Assembly (NCBI GenBank): GCA_048937405.1
Contig: JBHLNF010000004.1
Coordinates: 64,001-128,000, forward strand
From: Promethearchaeota archaeon
GTDB taxonomy: Archaea; Asgardarchaeota; Lokiarchaeia; Sigyniarchaeales; SOKP01
DNA: 64,000 nucleotides
Direction: 5' to 3'
In this document: positions 20,748-30,793 of the stretch, in pieces
Position numbering within the stretch: position 1 is the first letter of the stretch
How the letters are laid out: each line of letters starts with the position of its first letter
Translations under genes and position numbers: made by a program
The notes under the pieces: model-generated
Seen by the model: the letters and a program-made list of their open reading frames with translations, nothing else
Database searches by the model: none
What the model was told of the DNA's origin: nothing

Positions 20748-21272
20748 ATGAAAAAATATAATTTTAAAATCCTTCTTTTAGGTGGTCCTGCAGTAGGAAA
20801 AACTAGCATTTTATATCGATTTGTAAAAAATCAATTCTCTTATGATTATATAACTACTATAGGTCTTAATTATTTAACAAAAGAAGTCCATTTAGATGAT
20901 AAAAATTACGCTAAACTTGTTATATGGGATGTCGCTGGACAAGAGAAGTTTAAATTTCTTCGTAAAAAATATTATGAAGGAACTAATGGTGCTTTGCTAA
21001 TTTTTGATCTTACGAGACTTAACTCATATGAAGAGTTAAAAGATTGGCTTTCAGAAATGTTTGAAATAATACAGATAAAGATTCCTTTTGTAATAATAGG
21101 TAATAAATTAGACCTATTAAAAGAAGTTAATCGATCAATTGATATTGATATTGTTAAAGATTATGCTAAAAATCAAGACAGTATATATATAGAAACGTCT
21201 GCTAAAACTGGAGAAAATATCGAAGAAGCCTTTGAAGAATTAACAAAGCGCATGATTGCGCATATTTCCTAA
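20748..21272 (+). CDS. Rab/Ras-like small GTPase
   Basis: GGPAVGKT, TIG, WDVAGQE, GNKLD, ETSAK; no C-terminal prenylation Cys. Confidence 0.95.
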   Translation: MKKYNFKILLLGGPAVGKTSILYRFVKNQFSYDYITTIGLNYLTKEVHLDDKNYAKLVIWDVAGQEKFKFLRKKYYEGTNGALLIFDLTRLNSYEELKDWLSEMFEIIQIKIPFVIIGNKLDLLKEVNRSIDIDIVKDYAKNQDSIYIETSAKTGENIEEAFEELTKRMIAHIS

Positions 21273-21343
21273 AAAAAATCAGAACAGATCAATACAATGC
21301 ATCTAGATAAATATTACTTTTCTTATCTTTTCCTTTTTTTCTT

Positions 21344-21385
21344 AATGGTGGAAGTTTGATGATGGAAGTTTAATGGAGGAAGTTT
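21344..21385. repeat. Three tandem 14-bp imperfect repeats
   Basis: aatggtggaagttt / gatgatggaagttt / aatggaggaagttt. Confidence 0.75.
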
Positions 21386-21548
21386 GGTATCGAACAAGAT
21401 AAGAAGTAATACTAAGTTTTTCTCTTTTTTTCTTTTTACCTTAATACAGGTTTAATAATAAAACTGTTTAAAATTTTTTAAACATAAATTAAAATTCACG
21501 ATTCATTGGTTTACTTAAAATGTATCTGCCAATTTAAAGATTCGAAAA

Positions 21549-21620
21549 TGGACCTAGCGGGAATTGAACCCGCGGCCTTTCGCATGCCAAGCGAACGATC
21601 TTCCACTAATCCATAGGCCC
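21549..21620 (-). tRNA. tRNA-Ala(GGC), intronless, CCA not encoded
   Basis: GGGCCTA/TAGGTCC acceptor stem with G3:U70, anticodon arm TTCGC-TTGGCAT-GCGAA, T-arm GCGGG-TTCAATT-CCCGC. Confidence 0.95.
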
Positions 21621-21776
21621 AATATTATATATTAAAAAGCACTCCCAAATAATTAAATTTTATTATTTGAGGATTTATTTTATATTAAAATACATTTGAT
21701 TGAAGTTGTTTTATAGATTTTGATTATATTTGGAAAACCAGAATAATCGATAATGGAATGAAAAATTAAAAATAAA

Positions 21777-24401
21777 TTATCTCTTGAGGACTTTATGATT
21801 TTTTATGTTTTTTAACAGAATTAATGTAATTCCTATAAATGCGATTACCAGAAAGCTTATATCAAAACTAGGAATAAAGCTAGTTTCCCAATATTTTATT
21901 TCAAACTTGCTACTATAATCATAAATGTTAGCATCAGAGGAATCAATAATATTTATTTGATATTGTGTGGAATCAGACAGGTCGGAGGGTATTTTCCAAT
22001 AGTACACCCCATCATTTAAGATATTGGATTCTATTGTCTGAATAAAATATCCATTCCTATATAATGTAATGTCAACCATGGAAATATTACCTGTTGATTT
22101 CCATTCAATATAATAAAACTTGTTAGTTTCCCAAAAACTACTGCTGTTTGGACTATTTACATTTATATTCTTAAGGTTATAGATTTCGAAATATTCACTA
22201 TAATCATACTCAGTTGGATCCGTAGAATCTGTGATTTTTATTTGATATTGAGTAGAATTTTTCAAAGCAGTAGAAATTGACCAATTGAATTCACCTTCGT
22301 TTGATATCTCGGATACTATTGTCTGAACTAACGTTCCCTCTTTATACAGCGTGATATTAACATCTGAGATGTTGCCTGCTGAATTCCAATAGATGTAATG
22401 AGACGTGCCTGTTTCCCAAACTGATGAATTATTGGGAGAATTAATGGATATTTCATGTTCTATTTCAGTTATATTTAAAATCTCCAATCCATCCTCACCA
22501 TTAGCTACATAAGCATAAGAACCAGAAATATATACTCCCTCTGAAAATCCTCCATCAAAATAATCTCCTAATTTCGATGGAGCAGAAACATTAGAAATAT
22601 CAATAATCTCTAAACCCTCATTTTCATTAGCTACGTATGCATAAGAACCATTAACATACACTCCACGGGCAGATCCTGTACCGTAGTACTGTCCTAGTTC
22701 TGATGGCATAGAAGGATTGGAAATGTCAATAATCTCTAAACCCTCATATGCATCAGCTATATAAGCATAAGAGCCAGAAATATATACTCCATAGGCAAAT
22801 CCTCCATCATAGTAATGTCCTATTTCTGTTGGTGTGGATGGATCAGAAATATTAATAATCTCTAATCCATCTAAACCATCAGCTACGTAAGCATAAGAGC
22901 CATTAACATACACTCCATTGGCAGATCCTCCATCTGAATATTGCCCCACTTCTGAGGGTGTGGTCGAATTGGAAATGTCAATAATCTCTAATCCATCTGA
23001 TCCATCAGCTACGTAAGCGTAAGAACCATTAACATACACTCCATTGGCAGATCCTCCATCTGAATATTGCCCTACTTCTGAGGGTGTGGTCGGATTGGAA
23101 ATGTTAATAATCTTTAATCCAAAAATATTATCCACAACATAAGCATAAGAACCATTAACATACACTCCACGGGCAGATCCTGTACCATTATAATGTCCTA
23201 CTTCTGATGGTATAGAGGGATTGGAAATGTTAATAATCTCTAAACCATTATCTCCATCAGCCACATAAGCGTAAGAACCATTAACATATACTCCATAGGC
23301 ATATCCTCCATCAGAATATTGCCCCACTTCTGATGGTGCGGACGGATTGGAAATGTTAATAAATACTAATCCATCAAAAGCATCAGTAACATAAGCATAA
23401 GAGCCTGAAACACAAACTTCATACGCATCCCAATTATCATACTGTCCTACTTCTGATGGTGCAGACGGATTGGAAATATTAATAATCTCTAATCCATCAT
23501 ACCCATAAGCCAAATAAGCATAAGAACCATTAACATATACTCCATGGGCATATCCTCCATCTGAGTATTGTCCCACTTCTGATGGTGTGGACGGATTGGA
23601 AATGTTAATAATCTCTAATCCATCATACCGATCCGAAACATAAGCATAAGAATCAGAAACAAACACATCAACAACAGTTCCCCCATCATTGAATTGTGAT
23701 ATTTCTGAAGGTGCGGATGGATTGGAAATATCAATAATCTCTAATCCATCAGAGTAGTCTGTAACATAAGCGTAAGAACCATTAACATATATTCCATTGG
23801 CATATCCTCCATCTGAATATTGCCCCACTTCTGATGGTGTGAATGGATTAGAAATGTCAATAATCTCTAATCCATTATTCCAATCCGCAACGAAGGCATA
23901 TGAGCCTGAAACATATACTCCTTCAGCAGTTCCTCCATCATAGTACTTTCCTACTTCTGATGGTGCGAATGGATTGGAAATATTAAGAATCACTAAACCA
24001 TTATTTCCATAAGCCAAATAAGCATAAGGGCCAGAAATATATACTCCTAGGGCAAATCCTCCATTGTCATATTCTCCGACTTTATTTGGTGCAGAAGGAC
24101 TTGATATATTTATTATCTTTAATCCTCCATAACCATCTGCTACATAAGCTAATGACTTATTAACAACTACATCATGCGCGCCTTGATCTAAAATATCAGC
24201 TATTTTTGATATTTCTATAGAAACGGTAGACTTATTTAGGTCATCTTGAGTAATTTCTTTAATGATTTCGTTTCCATGATAATGTTCTCTACTAAATGAA
24301 TTTAAAACAAAAAAAGTAGAAAAAAGAAATAAGGAAATACCTAAAGTAAGACTTATCATCCTTTTCATTGATTTCAATTTGATATTAAAAAAATTTTTCA
24401 T
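21777..24401 (-). CDS. Surface LVIVD-repeat beta-propeller protein with two Ser/Thr-rich beta-sandwich domains and Loki-CTERM-like anchor
   Basis: 14 repeats of ~42 aa (GVYVNGSYAYVADG..GLEIIDISNP), two NSPN..S.WET domains, IPSFD+TM+basic tail; start 24401 or 24368. Confidence 0.88.
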   Translation of the reverse strand: MKNFFNIKLKSMKRMISLTLGISLFLFSTFFVLNSFSREHYHGNEIIKEITQDDLNKSTVSIEISKIADILDQGAHDVVVNKSLAYVADGYGGLKIINISSPSAPNKVGEYDNGGFALGVYISGPYAYLAYGNNGLVILNISNPFAPSEVGKYYDGGTAEGVYVSGSYAFVADWNNGLEIIDISNPFTPSEVGQYSDGGYANGIYVNGSYAYVTDYSDGLEIIDISNPSAPSEISQFNDGGTVVDVFVSDSYAYVSDRYDGLEIINISNPSTPSEVGQYSDGGYAHGVYVNGSYAYLAYGYDGLEIINISNPSAPSEVGQYDNWDAYEVCVSGSYAYVTDAFDGLVFINISNPSAPSEVGQYSDGGYAYGVYVNGSYAYVADGDNGLEIINISNPSIPSEVGHYNGTGSARGVYVNGSYAYVVDNIFGLKIINISNPTTPSEVGQYSDGGSANGVYVNGSYAYVADGSDGLEIIDISNSTTPSEVGQYSDGGSANGVYVNGSYAYVADGLDGLEIINISDPSTPTEIGHYYDGGFAYGVYISGSYAYIADAYEGLEIIDISNPSMPSELGQYYGTGSARGVYVNGSYAYVANENEGLEIIDISNVSAPSKLGDYFDGGFSEGVYISGSYAYVANGEDGLEILNITEIEHEISINSPNNSSVWETGTSHYIYWNSAGNISDVNITLYKEGTLVQTIVSEISNEGEFNWSISTALKNSTQYQIKITDSTDPTEYDYSEYFEIYNLKNINVNSPNSSSFWETNKFYYIEWKSTGNISMVDITLYRNGYFIQTIESNILNDGVYYWKIPSDLSDSTQYQINIIDSSDANIYDYSSKFEIKYWETSFIPSFDISFLVIAFIGITLILLKNIKNHKVLKR
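22470..24180. repeat. Coding tandem repeat array, ~126-bp unit, ~14 copies
   Basis: e.g. ccattaacatacactccattggcagatcctccatctgaatattgcc recurs at ~22900 and ~23026. Confidence 0.9.
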
Positions 24402-24566
24402 GATATATTTTCCTTTAAATTTGATTTTAAAAGAATAATTGGAAATACTGAATGAATTATATTTCAATTTTTGGGATATTTATATGCTTTATTTAAAAAT
24501 TATACTATTTAAATTATTTAGATAGATAGCAAAAATATTTACATCTCAACTTCAGTTTTATATATC

Positions 24567-25883
24567 TCAATTTTTTTTGTAATTTTCTGCTATCTTTTCA
24601 GCCATATGAGGTCTTAATATCCTTATTGCGGTAATATATAAAGGAATTAGAGACAATTCTATAAATATAGAGATGATAAAGGGAGATTGTGGTCCTAAAT
24701 GATCCCATGCTAATCCACCGACAATAGGTCCTATTATTGCTCCTAAAAAACTCATCCATTGAGTCATTCCAAATATTTTTCCACGATGTCCTTTCGAAAT
24801 TCGACTGAGGAGGTTTTGGAGGACTAAAGAACTTGCCCATGCTAAAGTGCTATCAAAGGTCAAAATAATACCAAATACTACACCAGAGGTGCTATTTACT
24901 ATTAACCAAGTTACGAGAGAACCAAATCCGCTTATTAAAATGATAGAAATTTCTGGATTAATTTTATCAGCAAGTTTACCCATTCTTGGAGACAGTAATA
25001 AGGAAATGATTTGGCTGGGAAAGTAGATGATCATAACTAATACAGGGTCGGTTACATCTAATTCATCTATTAAATATCGTTGAAAGAAGGGAGGAGCAAT
25101 AGTTTGATTAGCACTACTAGCCATAAAAGCAATTACTAAAAGAAGAAAACCGAGAATAAACCCTATTGATAATGTTAAATAAGTTTGGGTTGTTTCTACT
25201 TTGGTTTCTATTAGAATTTCATTATTGAGGTTAAGTTGACTCATATGGTTCTCATGAGTCAAATTTATATCGACATTTTTATTAAACACAATTCCAGCAT
25301 AAATATTAGCGACAGCGAATAAAATTAAAGGACTATAAACAATAATTAGATTTTCAGGTATATAGTAATTTGCAAAACCGAATATTAAGAAACTTATGAT
25401 TGACCCAACCAAATTTCCTTTACCTAACATTCCACCCTGTTTTCCAAATGCAGAAGAACGGAATGTTTTATGGGATTTTTCAGCGATAAGAGCATTTAAA
25501 GGACTCCAGAAAAAGCCAACAAAGAAACCCAATACAAATAAGCCTATTGCAAAAGTTAAAAGAGAAGAAAAAAGTATACCAAAAAATAATAATATATAAC
25601 AAGCTGCTCTCCCAAAACTCCCTATTAATACCAATAATTTTTTGGAAACTTTATCAGTAAGATATCCTACTATTGGTGTACTAATTAGACCACCTATAGT
25701 TTGACTCGCAAATGTTAAACCCATCTCGGTACCTGAAGCTTCCAACAATTGAGCTGTTACATATGGAATTAAAAATTGAAAGAAAAAGAATCCTAAGCTG
25801 TTCCAGAAGACAATTCGAATCATTGGAACAAAATCGGGAGTAATTTTAGAATTAGTATCTTCAGAGTTTTTTGTTCTTAACAT
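24567..25883 (-). CDS. MFS transporter
   Basis: ~12 hydrophobic segments; GYLTDKVSKK and GKLADKINP motif-A variants. Confidence 0.9.
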   Translation of the reverse strand: MLRTKNSEDTNSKITPDFVPMIRIVFWNSLGFFFFQFLIPYVTAQLLEASGTEMGLTFASQTIGGLISTPIVGYLTDKVSKKLLVLIGSFGRAACYILLFFGILFSSLLTFAIGLFVLGFFVGFFWSPLNALIAEKSHKTFRSSAFGKQGGMLGKGNLVGSIISFLIFGFANYYIPENLIIVYSPLILFAVANIYAGIVFNKNVDINLTHENHMSQLNLNNEILIETKVETTQTYLTLSIGFILGFLLLVIAFMASSANQTIAPPFFQRYLIDELDVTDPVLVMIIYFPSQIISLLLSPRMGKLADKINPEISIILISGFGSLVTWLIVNSTSGVVFGIILTFDSTLAWASSLVLQNLLSRISKGHRGKIFGMTQWMSFLGAIIGPIVGGLAWDHLGPQSPFIISIFIELSLIPLYITAIRILRPHMAEKIAENYKKN

Positions 25884-26296
25884 ATTAGTTAATGTAAATT
25901 TGAAAGGTTTCGTGTGATTATTTAAGTTTAATTGTGTATTTACCTATATTTTCATTTGAATAAGTTTCTTTAAATGTAATAAAGCAAATTTATTAAATCC
26001 TTTAAAGTTGACTATGAAATTAGTACATTTTGATATCATTTTAAAGCAGTAAACAAACAAGTGGAAAATCAATTAATATCTCTTATTTTCTCTGACTTAT
26101 TGAATTGTTTATTATTATCGATTATTTTAAATATGGATCTTATCTTTTAATGAATTAATTTTACTGTAATGATAGTAATTATCAATTATTTAATAAAAAT
26201 TGATTAAATACTACATAAAGATTATATTATTTTGATTCTAGGATAATGTTACAATATTGTATATAGAATTCTATAAAAAAATAGGAGTTGATCTAT

Positions 26297-27094
26297 TTGG
26301 CAGAAGAATGTAAGGTTTTGGAGAAAAAAGCTAAAGAATTAGAAATGAATAGTGTAGATGAAGCAATTAAAGTTTATAAACAAGCTGCTGAATGTTATAT
26401 TAATGTTGATAAACCAAAAAACAGAATTAGTTGTATGGAAAAAGTAGCAAAATTAATTAGAGAAAAAGCAAAATTAACCGAAGATCCTGTTAAAGCATTA
26501 GAAATCTTCAAATCTGCGTCAGAGGTTTATAATCAAATTAGTAAACAATCTGAGTCTGAAAAAGTAATGAATGAAGCTAATAAAAAGTTAATAGATTCTG
26601 CAAAAAATATAAGAGCAGAAGCAAAAAAAGCTGAAGATCCTGATTTTGCTGAATTACAATTAGCAAAAGCTTCTGATTATGCTTCTCAAGGGAAGGACGA
26701 TGATTTATTTAAAGCATGTTGGGTTGATTCTGGTGATTATTTTAGAAAAAAAGCAATAGAAATTGAAGATCCAAGAGAAGCTTTAGAAGTCTTCAAACAT
26801 GCTGTACAAAATTACACAAAAGGTGGAAATGAAGAATTAAAAAATAAAACCTTAGCAGAAGCAGCAGATAAATTTAATACAAAAGGTAATAATATTCAAA
26901 AATCGAAGAAAAATTTAATACTTGCAATTGACAGCTATCTTCAAGCAGCTACTATATATAAAGCCGCGAATTTAGATGAAAAAGCCAACAATTTAACAAA
27001 TATAATAAATGATTTATGCGAATTTATTGGTATGCCATTAGAAGAGATAACAAAATACTTAAATTCGCAGAATATAACAGCGATTTCGTTATAA
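26297..27094 (+). CDS. Alpha-helical TPR-like protein resembling alpha-SNAP/Sec17
   Basis: Repeats EAIKVYKQAAECY, EALEVFKHAVQNY, AIDSYLQAATIY; AGGAG RBS, TTG start (26297 or 26288). Confidence 0.6.
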   Translation: MAEECKVLEKKAKELEMNSVDEAIKVYKQAAECYINVDKPKNRISCMEKVAKLIREKAKLTEDPVKALEIFKSASEVYNQISKQSESEKVMNEANKKLIDSAKNIRAEAKKAEDPDFAELQLAKASDYASQGKDDDLFKACWVDSGDYFRKKAIEIEDPREALEVFKHAVQNYTKGGNEELKNKTLAEAADKFNTKGNNIQKSKKNLILAIDSYLQAATIYKAANLDEKANNLTNIINDLCEFIGMPLEEITKYLNSQNITAISL

Positions 27095-27192
27095 TTTTCA
27101 AAAATTCTAATGTCTAAATTCTTTTTCTCAGAAAAAAATATTTACCAAGAATTTTTTTTTTAGCCTTATATGAATAGGAATAGTTTATTTTT

Positions 27193-27214
27193 TCGTGAAA
27201 CAAGAATTTCACGA
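27193..27214. promoter_or_regulatory. Inverted repeat TCGTGAAA-N6-TTTCACGA, candidate operator
   Basis: Perfect 8-bp arms ~120 nt upstream of the crotonase gene. Confidence 0.45.
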
Positions 27215-27333
27215 TCAAAAATTAGCAACACTATTATCATTGTATTTTTAAAAAGCATAAATAATATATTTAGTTCAAATTAAGGTTTATTCATTAGGAT
27301 TTAAATAAAATAAAAAAAATGAGGGAGTAAAAT

Positions 27334-28131
27334 ATGGAATATGAAGAAATTATTTTTGAAAAAAAGGATAGAATTGCCTATATAACCATTAATCGACCTC
27401 AAAGATATAATGCTTGTAATCTCCGCACTGTTTATGAGTTAATCGATGCATTCGACCAATGCTGGGATAATGAAATTGGTGTTGTCATTTTTACTGGAAT
27501 AGGAGAAAAAGCCTTTTGTACTGGTGGAGATCAAACAACACGCGAGAAGGGGGGATATGAAGGGGAATTATTATTACCACTCGAAGTTGGTTGGCAACGT
27601 GTGACACATTTAATCCGTACCTTACCTAAACCTGTTATTGCTCGAGTTAATGGTTATGTAATTGGGGGTGGTCATGTTTGGCATGTTAATTGTGATCTCA
27701 GTATAGCAGCTGAGCATGCTCAATTTGGACAAGCGGGACCACGTGTGGGGTCATTTGATCCGGGATATGGAACAGGAGATTTAATGCGTGCTGTAGGAAT
27801 AAAACGTGCAAAAGAGATTTGGTATTTATGTCGCCGCTACACGGCACAACAAGCTTTACAAATGGGACTTGTGAATGCTGTTGTCCCTTATGAGAAATTA
27901 GATGAAGAAGTAAATCAATGGTGTCAAGAATTATTGGAAAAAAGCCCTATAGCCTTAAAAATGTTAAAATATGCCTTTCTAGCTGAAACTGATGGAGTAA
28001 CAGGTATTACTCAACTGGGTATTGGTGGTCTTTCTCTATATTATGGCACTGATGAAGCTGTAGAAGGAAAAAATGCATTTATAGAAAAAAGAAAAGCCGA
28101 TTTTAATCAATTTAGAAAGAAACAGTCATAA
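27334..28131 (+). CDS. Crotonase-family enzyme of the MenB/BadI clade
   Basis: FCTGGDQ, IGGGHV, GQAGPRVGSFDPGYG, AKEIWYLCRRY. Confidence 0.85.
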   Translation: MEYEEIIFEKKDRIAYITINRPQRYNACNLRTVYELIDAFDQCWDNEIGVVIFTGIGEKAFCTGGDQTTREKGGYEGELLLPLEVGWQRVTHLIRTLPKPVIARVNGYVIGGGHVWHVNCDLSIAAEHAQFGQAGPRVGSFDPGYGTGDLMRAVGIKRAKEIWYLCRRYTAQQALQMGLVNAVVPYEKLDEEVNQWCQELLEKSPIALKMLKYAFLAETDGVTGITQLGIGGLSLYYGTDEAVEGKNAFIEKRKADFNQFRKKQS

Positions 28132-28138
28132 TGGAGAA

Positions 28139-29887
28139 TTATTTCTTTATTAGGATAAGCTTATTTTCATCTATTATAATTTTATTCTTATTTAAAGGAC
28201 TAAGGTTATAAGTGTTCTTCATTGCATTTACAATGAGATTTCCAATAAACTTAAGCTTAAGTGTGTTGAATAAGTCATTAATCATTTGTAGATCTTCGGG
28301 AATTGATACACCCAAAAATGGATTTAAAAATAAGTAAATACTTGCACAAATTATTATCCCTATGATTAAACTTATCGTTCCATCAAAAGGAAAGATTAAT
28401 AGAATGAAGAACAAAATCAATAAATTGGGAATTAATCTATATAATTTAAAATTATATTTGATATCCAATTTTATTTTGAGTTGAATTAAAATGTAGGGCA
28501 ATAGAAAAACTGAAGAAATAATCATAACAATTCCTATCCCTAAGATTTTAAAAAGGAAAATAAAAAAAGGAGTAGTTACAATTATTATTATTAGAGTTAT
28601 TCCAAAGCCTTTAGCTGCCAAGTCAGCATTTCCTGACCCAATTAGAGCATTACCAAATAATGTTGCATATCCATAAATAAATTGCCCTGAAATAATAAGA
28701 ATGAATAATAATTGAGCCATATTGAATAAATCTCTATTAAAAACACCATTTTCTATAAAAAAGTTTCTATGTAAGTAAAATAATAATTCTCCAGAAAGAG
28801 CTATCATTGCTGTCATAAAACCTAATGCTAAAATACTCGAGATTCGTGTAGATGCATTTATTGACTCCTCTACAGTCTCATGATTCTCTTTTACACATGC
28901 TTCAGCTATTTCAATATTCAATGGAGCAGAATAATAAAGAATTACAGATTTTACAGCACCATAAGTTAACAAAACAGTTAATAAACTCAAACCAAATCCT
29001 TGGGTTGAAGGATCGGTAAAAATTGCAAGGTAAATTGCAGCAAAAAAGAATAAAATATCTTCAAAAAATCTAGAGTTTTGAATATTCGTTATCATAGAAT
29101 ACACAGAATTTTTCATATAATACCAAATCTGATGTTTTTTAATCAAATTTCTGTATTTTGGGGGTGCTCTCTCTCTCATAGCTTGAGATTTTAGATTAGA
29201 CTTCAAAATCTCAAAAATAGAATAAGGTGCTAATCGTATAAAGAAATAAATTAAGAGAATTAAGGTAATTATATTGAAAAATGGATAAAATGCAAATAAA
29301 AAAGGATTCAGATTAAATGATATGAAAATATAGGCAAATATTAATAAAAAGATTCCATTAAATATTGATGTAAAAGCAATTATATCGTATCTATTTCTAA
29401 TTTCAATTCCAATTTGAAACATTAATGTACCATAAATTAAAAAAGTAGAGAACCCTGAAGCGAAAATGCATTCTCTTAATAATGAATTCGTTAAAAAAAA
29501 CCAAAAGATAAAAGGAATAGTTATCATGATTAATCCCAATCCCAATCCAATTAATAATAATAGTTTGGAGTAAGTTGTAGCTTTCAATCGTCCAATTTCC
29601 TTATCAATAACAAATGCAGCTTTAATTTCTGCGATAAAGGATCTAGAAATCCCAATTCCAATTAAACTAATAATCCCATTAATTGCTGTTGTTAATCCAA
29701 AATATTGTAACCCATCCCAACCTGTACCTAATATCACAAAAATCCAGATACATCCCGCATTAATTAAGGAGAAGAATATATTAAGAGATCCAGAAGTGAT
29801 TACTCGCGAACTACCTTCTTTTTCAAAAAAATTATGTTCTCTTATGAATTCAATTTGAAGTTTTTCTCTATCTGGTTTTTTTTCCAT
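28139..29887 (-). CDS. Polytopic membrane protein, MOP/flippase (Wzx/MATE-like)
   Basis: Many (~14) hydrophobic segments; ...SINASTRISSILAL..., LFGNALIGSG pattern. Confidence 0.6.
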   Translation of the reverse strand: MEKKPDREKLQIEFIREHNFFEKEGSSRVITSGSLNIFFSLINAGCIWIFVILGTGWDGLQYFGLTTAINGIISLIGIGISRSFIAEIKAAFVIDKEIGRLKATTYSKLLLLIGLGLGLIMITIPFIFWFFLTNSLLRECIFASGFSTFLIYGTLMFQIGIEIRNRYDIIAFTSIFNGIFLLIFAYIFISFNLNPFLFAFYPFFNIITLILLIYFFIRLAPYSIFEILKSNLKSQAMRERAPPKYRNLIKKHQIWYYMKNSVYSMITNIQNSRFFEDILFFFAAIYLAIFTDPSTQGFGLSLLTVLLTYGAVKSVILYYSAPLNIEIAEACVKENHETVEESINASTRISSILALGFMTAMIALSGELLFYLHRNFFIENGVFNRDLFNMAQLLFILIISGQFIYGYATLFGNALIGSGNADLAAKGFGITLIIIIVTTPFFIFLFKILGIGIVMIISSVFLLPYILIQLKIKLDIKYNFKLYRLIPNLLILFFILLIFPFDGTISLIIGIIICASIYLFLNPFLGVSIPEDLQMINDLFNTLKLKFIGNLIVNAMKNTYNLSPLNKNKIIIDENKLILIKK

Positions 29888-30018
29888 TTATGGAGCGTTC
29901 TCAAAACTCTTTATTGATATGGAATTAAAGAGAGATAAAAAAGTTTTAGAAATTAAAAAATCGAAGAGAAAACAATATATTAAAAATGTTTGTTCATCGT
30001 CTAATAAAACATATTTTT

Positions 30019-30035
30019 ATGAAAGCTGCTTTCAT
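30019..30035. promoter_or_regulatory. Palindrome ATGAAAGC-T-GCTTTCAT, candidate operator
   Basis: Perfect 8-bp arms ending 36 nt before ATG 30072. Confidence 0.5.
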
Positions 30036-30071
30036 TAGCATATTTATTATTCAAATAAAAGAATTATCAAT

Positions 30072-30245
30072 ATGAACGAAGAAGAAATTATATGCGAGAA
30101 TTGTGGAGAAAATACATCTAATGAAATTTATGAATGTGCAGACTGTTTTAATCAAATTTGTGAAGAATGCGGTAATATCTGCAAGAAGTGTGGAAAATAT
30201 CTGTGTGATGGATGTTATCATGATCATAAAAAGAATTGCAGATAG
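30072..30245 (+). CDS. 57-aa Cys-rich zinc-binding microprotein (B-box-like)
   Basis: MNEEEIICENCGENTSNEIYECADCFNQICEECGNICKKCGKYLCDGCYHDHKKNCR*; stop abuts next ATG (TAGATG). Confidence 0.85.
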   Translation: MNEEEIICENCGENTSNEIYECADCFNQICEECGNICKKCGKYLCDGCYHDHKKNCR

Positions 30246-30650
30246 ATGAAGGGCACTTATATTTTAGTTATATATTATGGAAAAGCAAATGAAATCAAGA
30301 TTGGAGCACTCGGTAACATATTCTTTTCAAAGGGTTATTATTTTTATGTTGGATCCGGAATGGGGGCTATTGGTTCTTCTACATTATTAAACCGAGTAAA
30401 AAGACATCTACTAAATCATAAAGAAAAGAGTATTCATTGGCATATAGATTATTTATTAGCAGACAAAATGTCCTTCATAACAAGAATCTACTTAATTCCT
30501 TCTATTGCTCCATTGGAATGTAAGATTGCTCAAGACTTAGCTAGTAACTCTGATAATATCATAGATAATTTTGGATCATCCGATTGCAGTTGCAAAAGTC
30601 ATTTAATATATTTTGCAAATTTTACAGAATTAAGTAAAATATTCCAATAA
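30246..30650 (+). CDS. DUF123 / GIY-YIG (Uri) family endonuclease
   Basis: KGTYIL, YYFYVGS, RVKRH, HWHIDYL, FGSSDCSCKSHL. Confidence 0.9.
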   Translation: MKGTYILVIYYGKANEIKIGALGNIFFSKGYYFYVGSGMGAIGSSTLLNRVKRHLLNHKEKSIHWHIDYLLADKMSFITRIYLIPSIAPLECKIAQDLASNSDNIIDNFGSSDCSCKSHLIYFANFTELSKIFQ

Positions 30651-30793
30651 TTAAGAATACGATGATTAATTCCACATAAAAAACAATAATTATAAAAATT
30701 CTTAAGTTTAGAAATAATTTTTTATTAGTACATATTATTTAGAAAAGAGGAATTATACTCAAATAATTAAAATTTAGAAGAGTGAAAATTATT

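Noticed and set aside
22470-24180. Regular repeats as a CRISPR array or DGR
   Set aside because: In-frame 126-bp coding repeats with no unique spacers; no cas or reverse transcriptase gene in the window
21549-25883. tRNA-anchored integrated element
   Set aside because: No integrase and no duplicated tRNA 3' end found; the LVIVD gene lies on the 5' side of the tRNA
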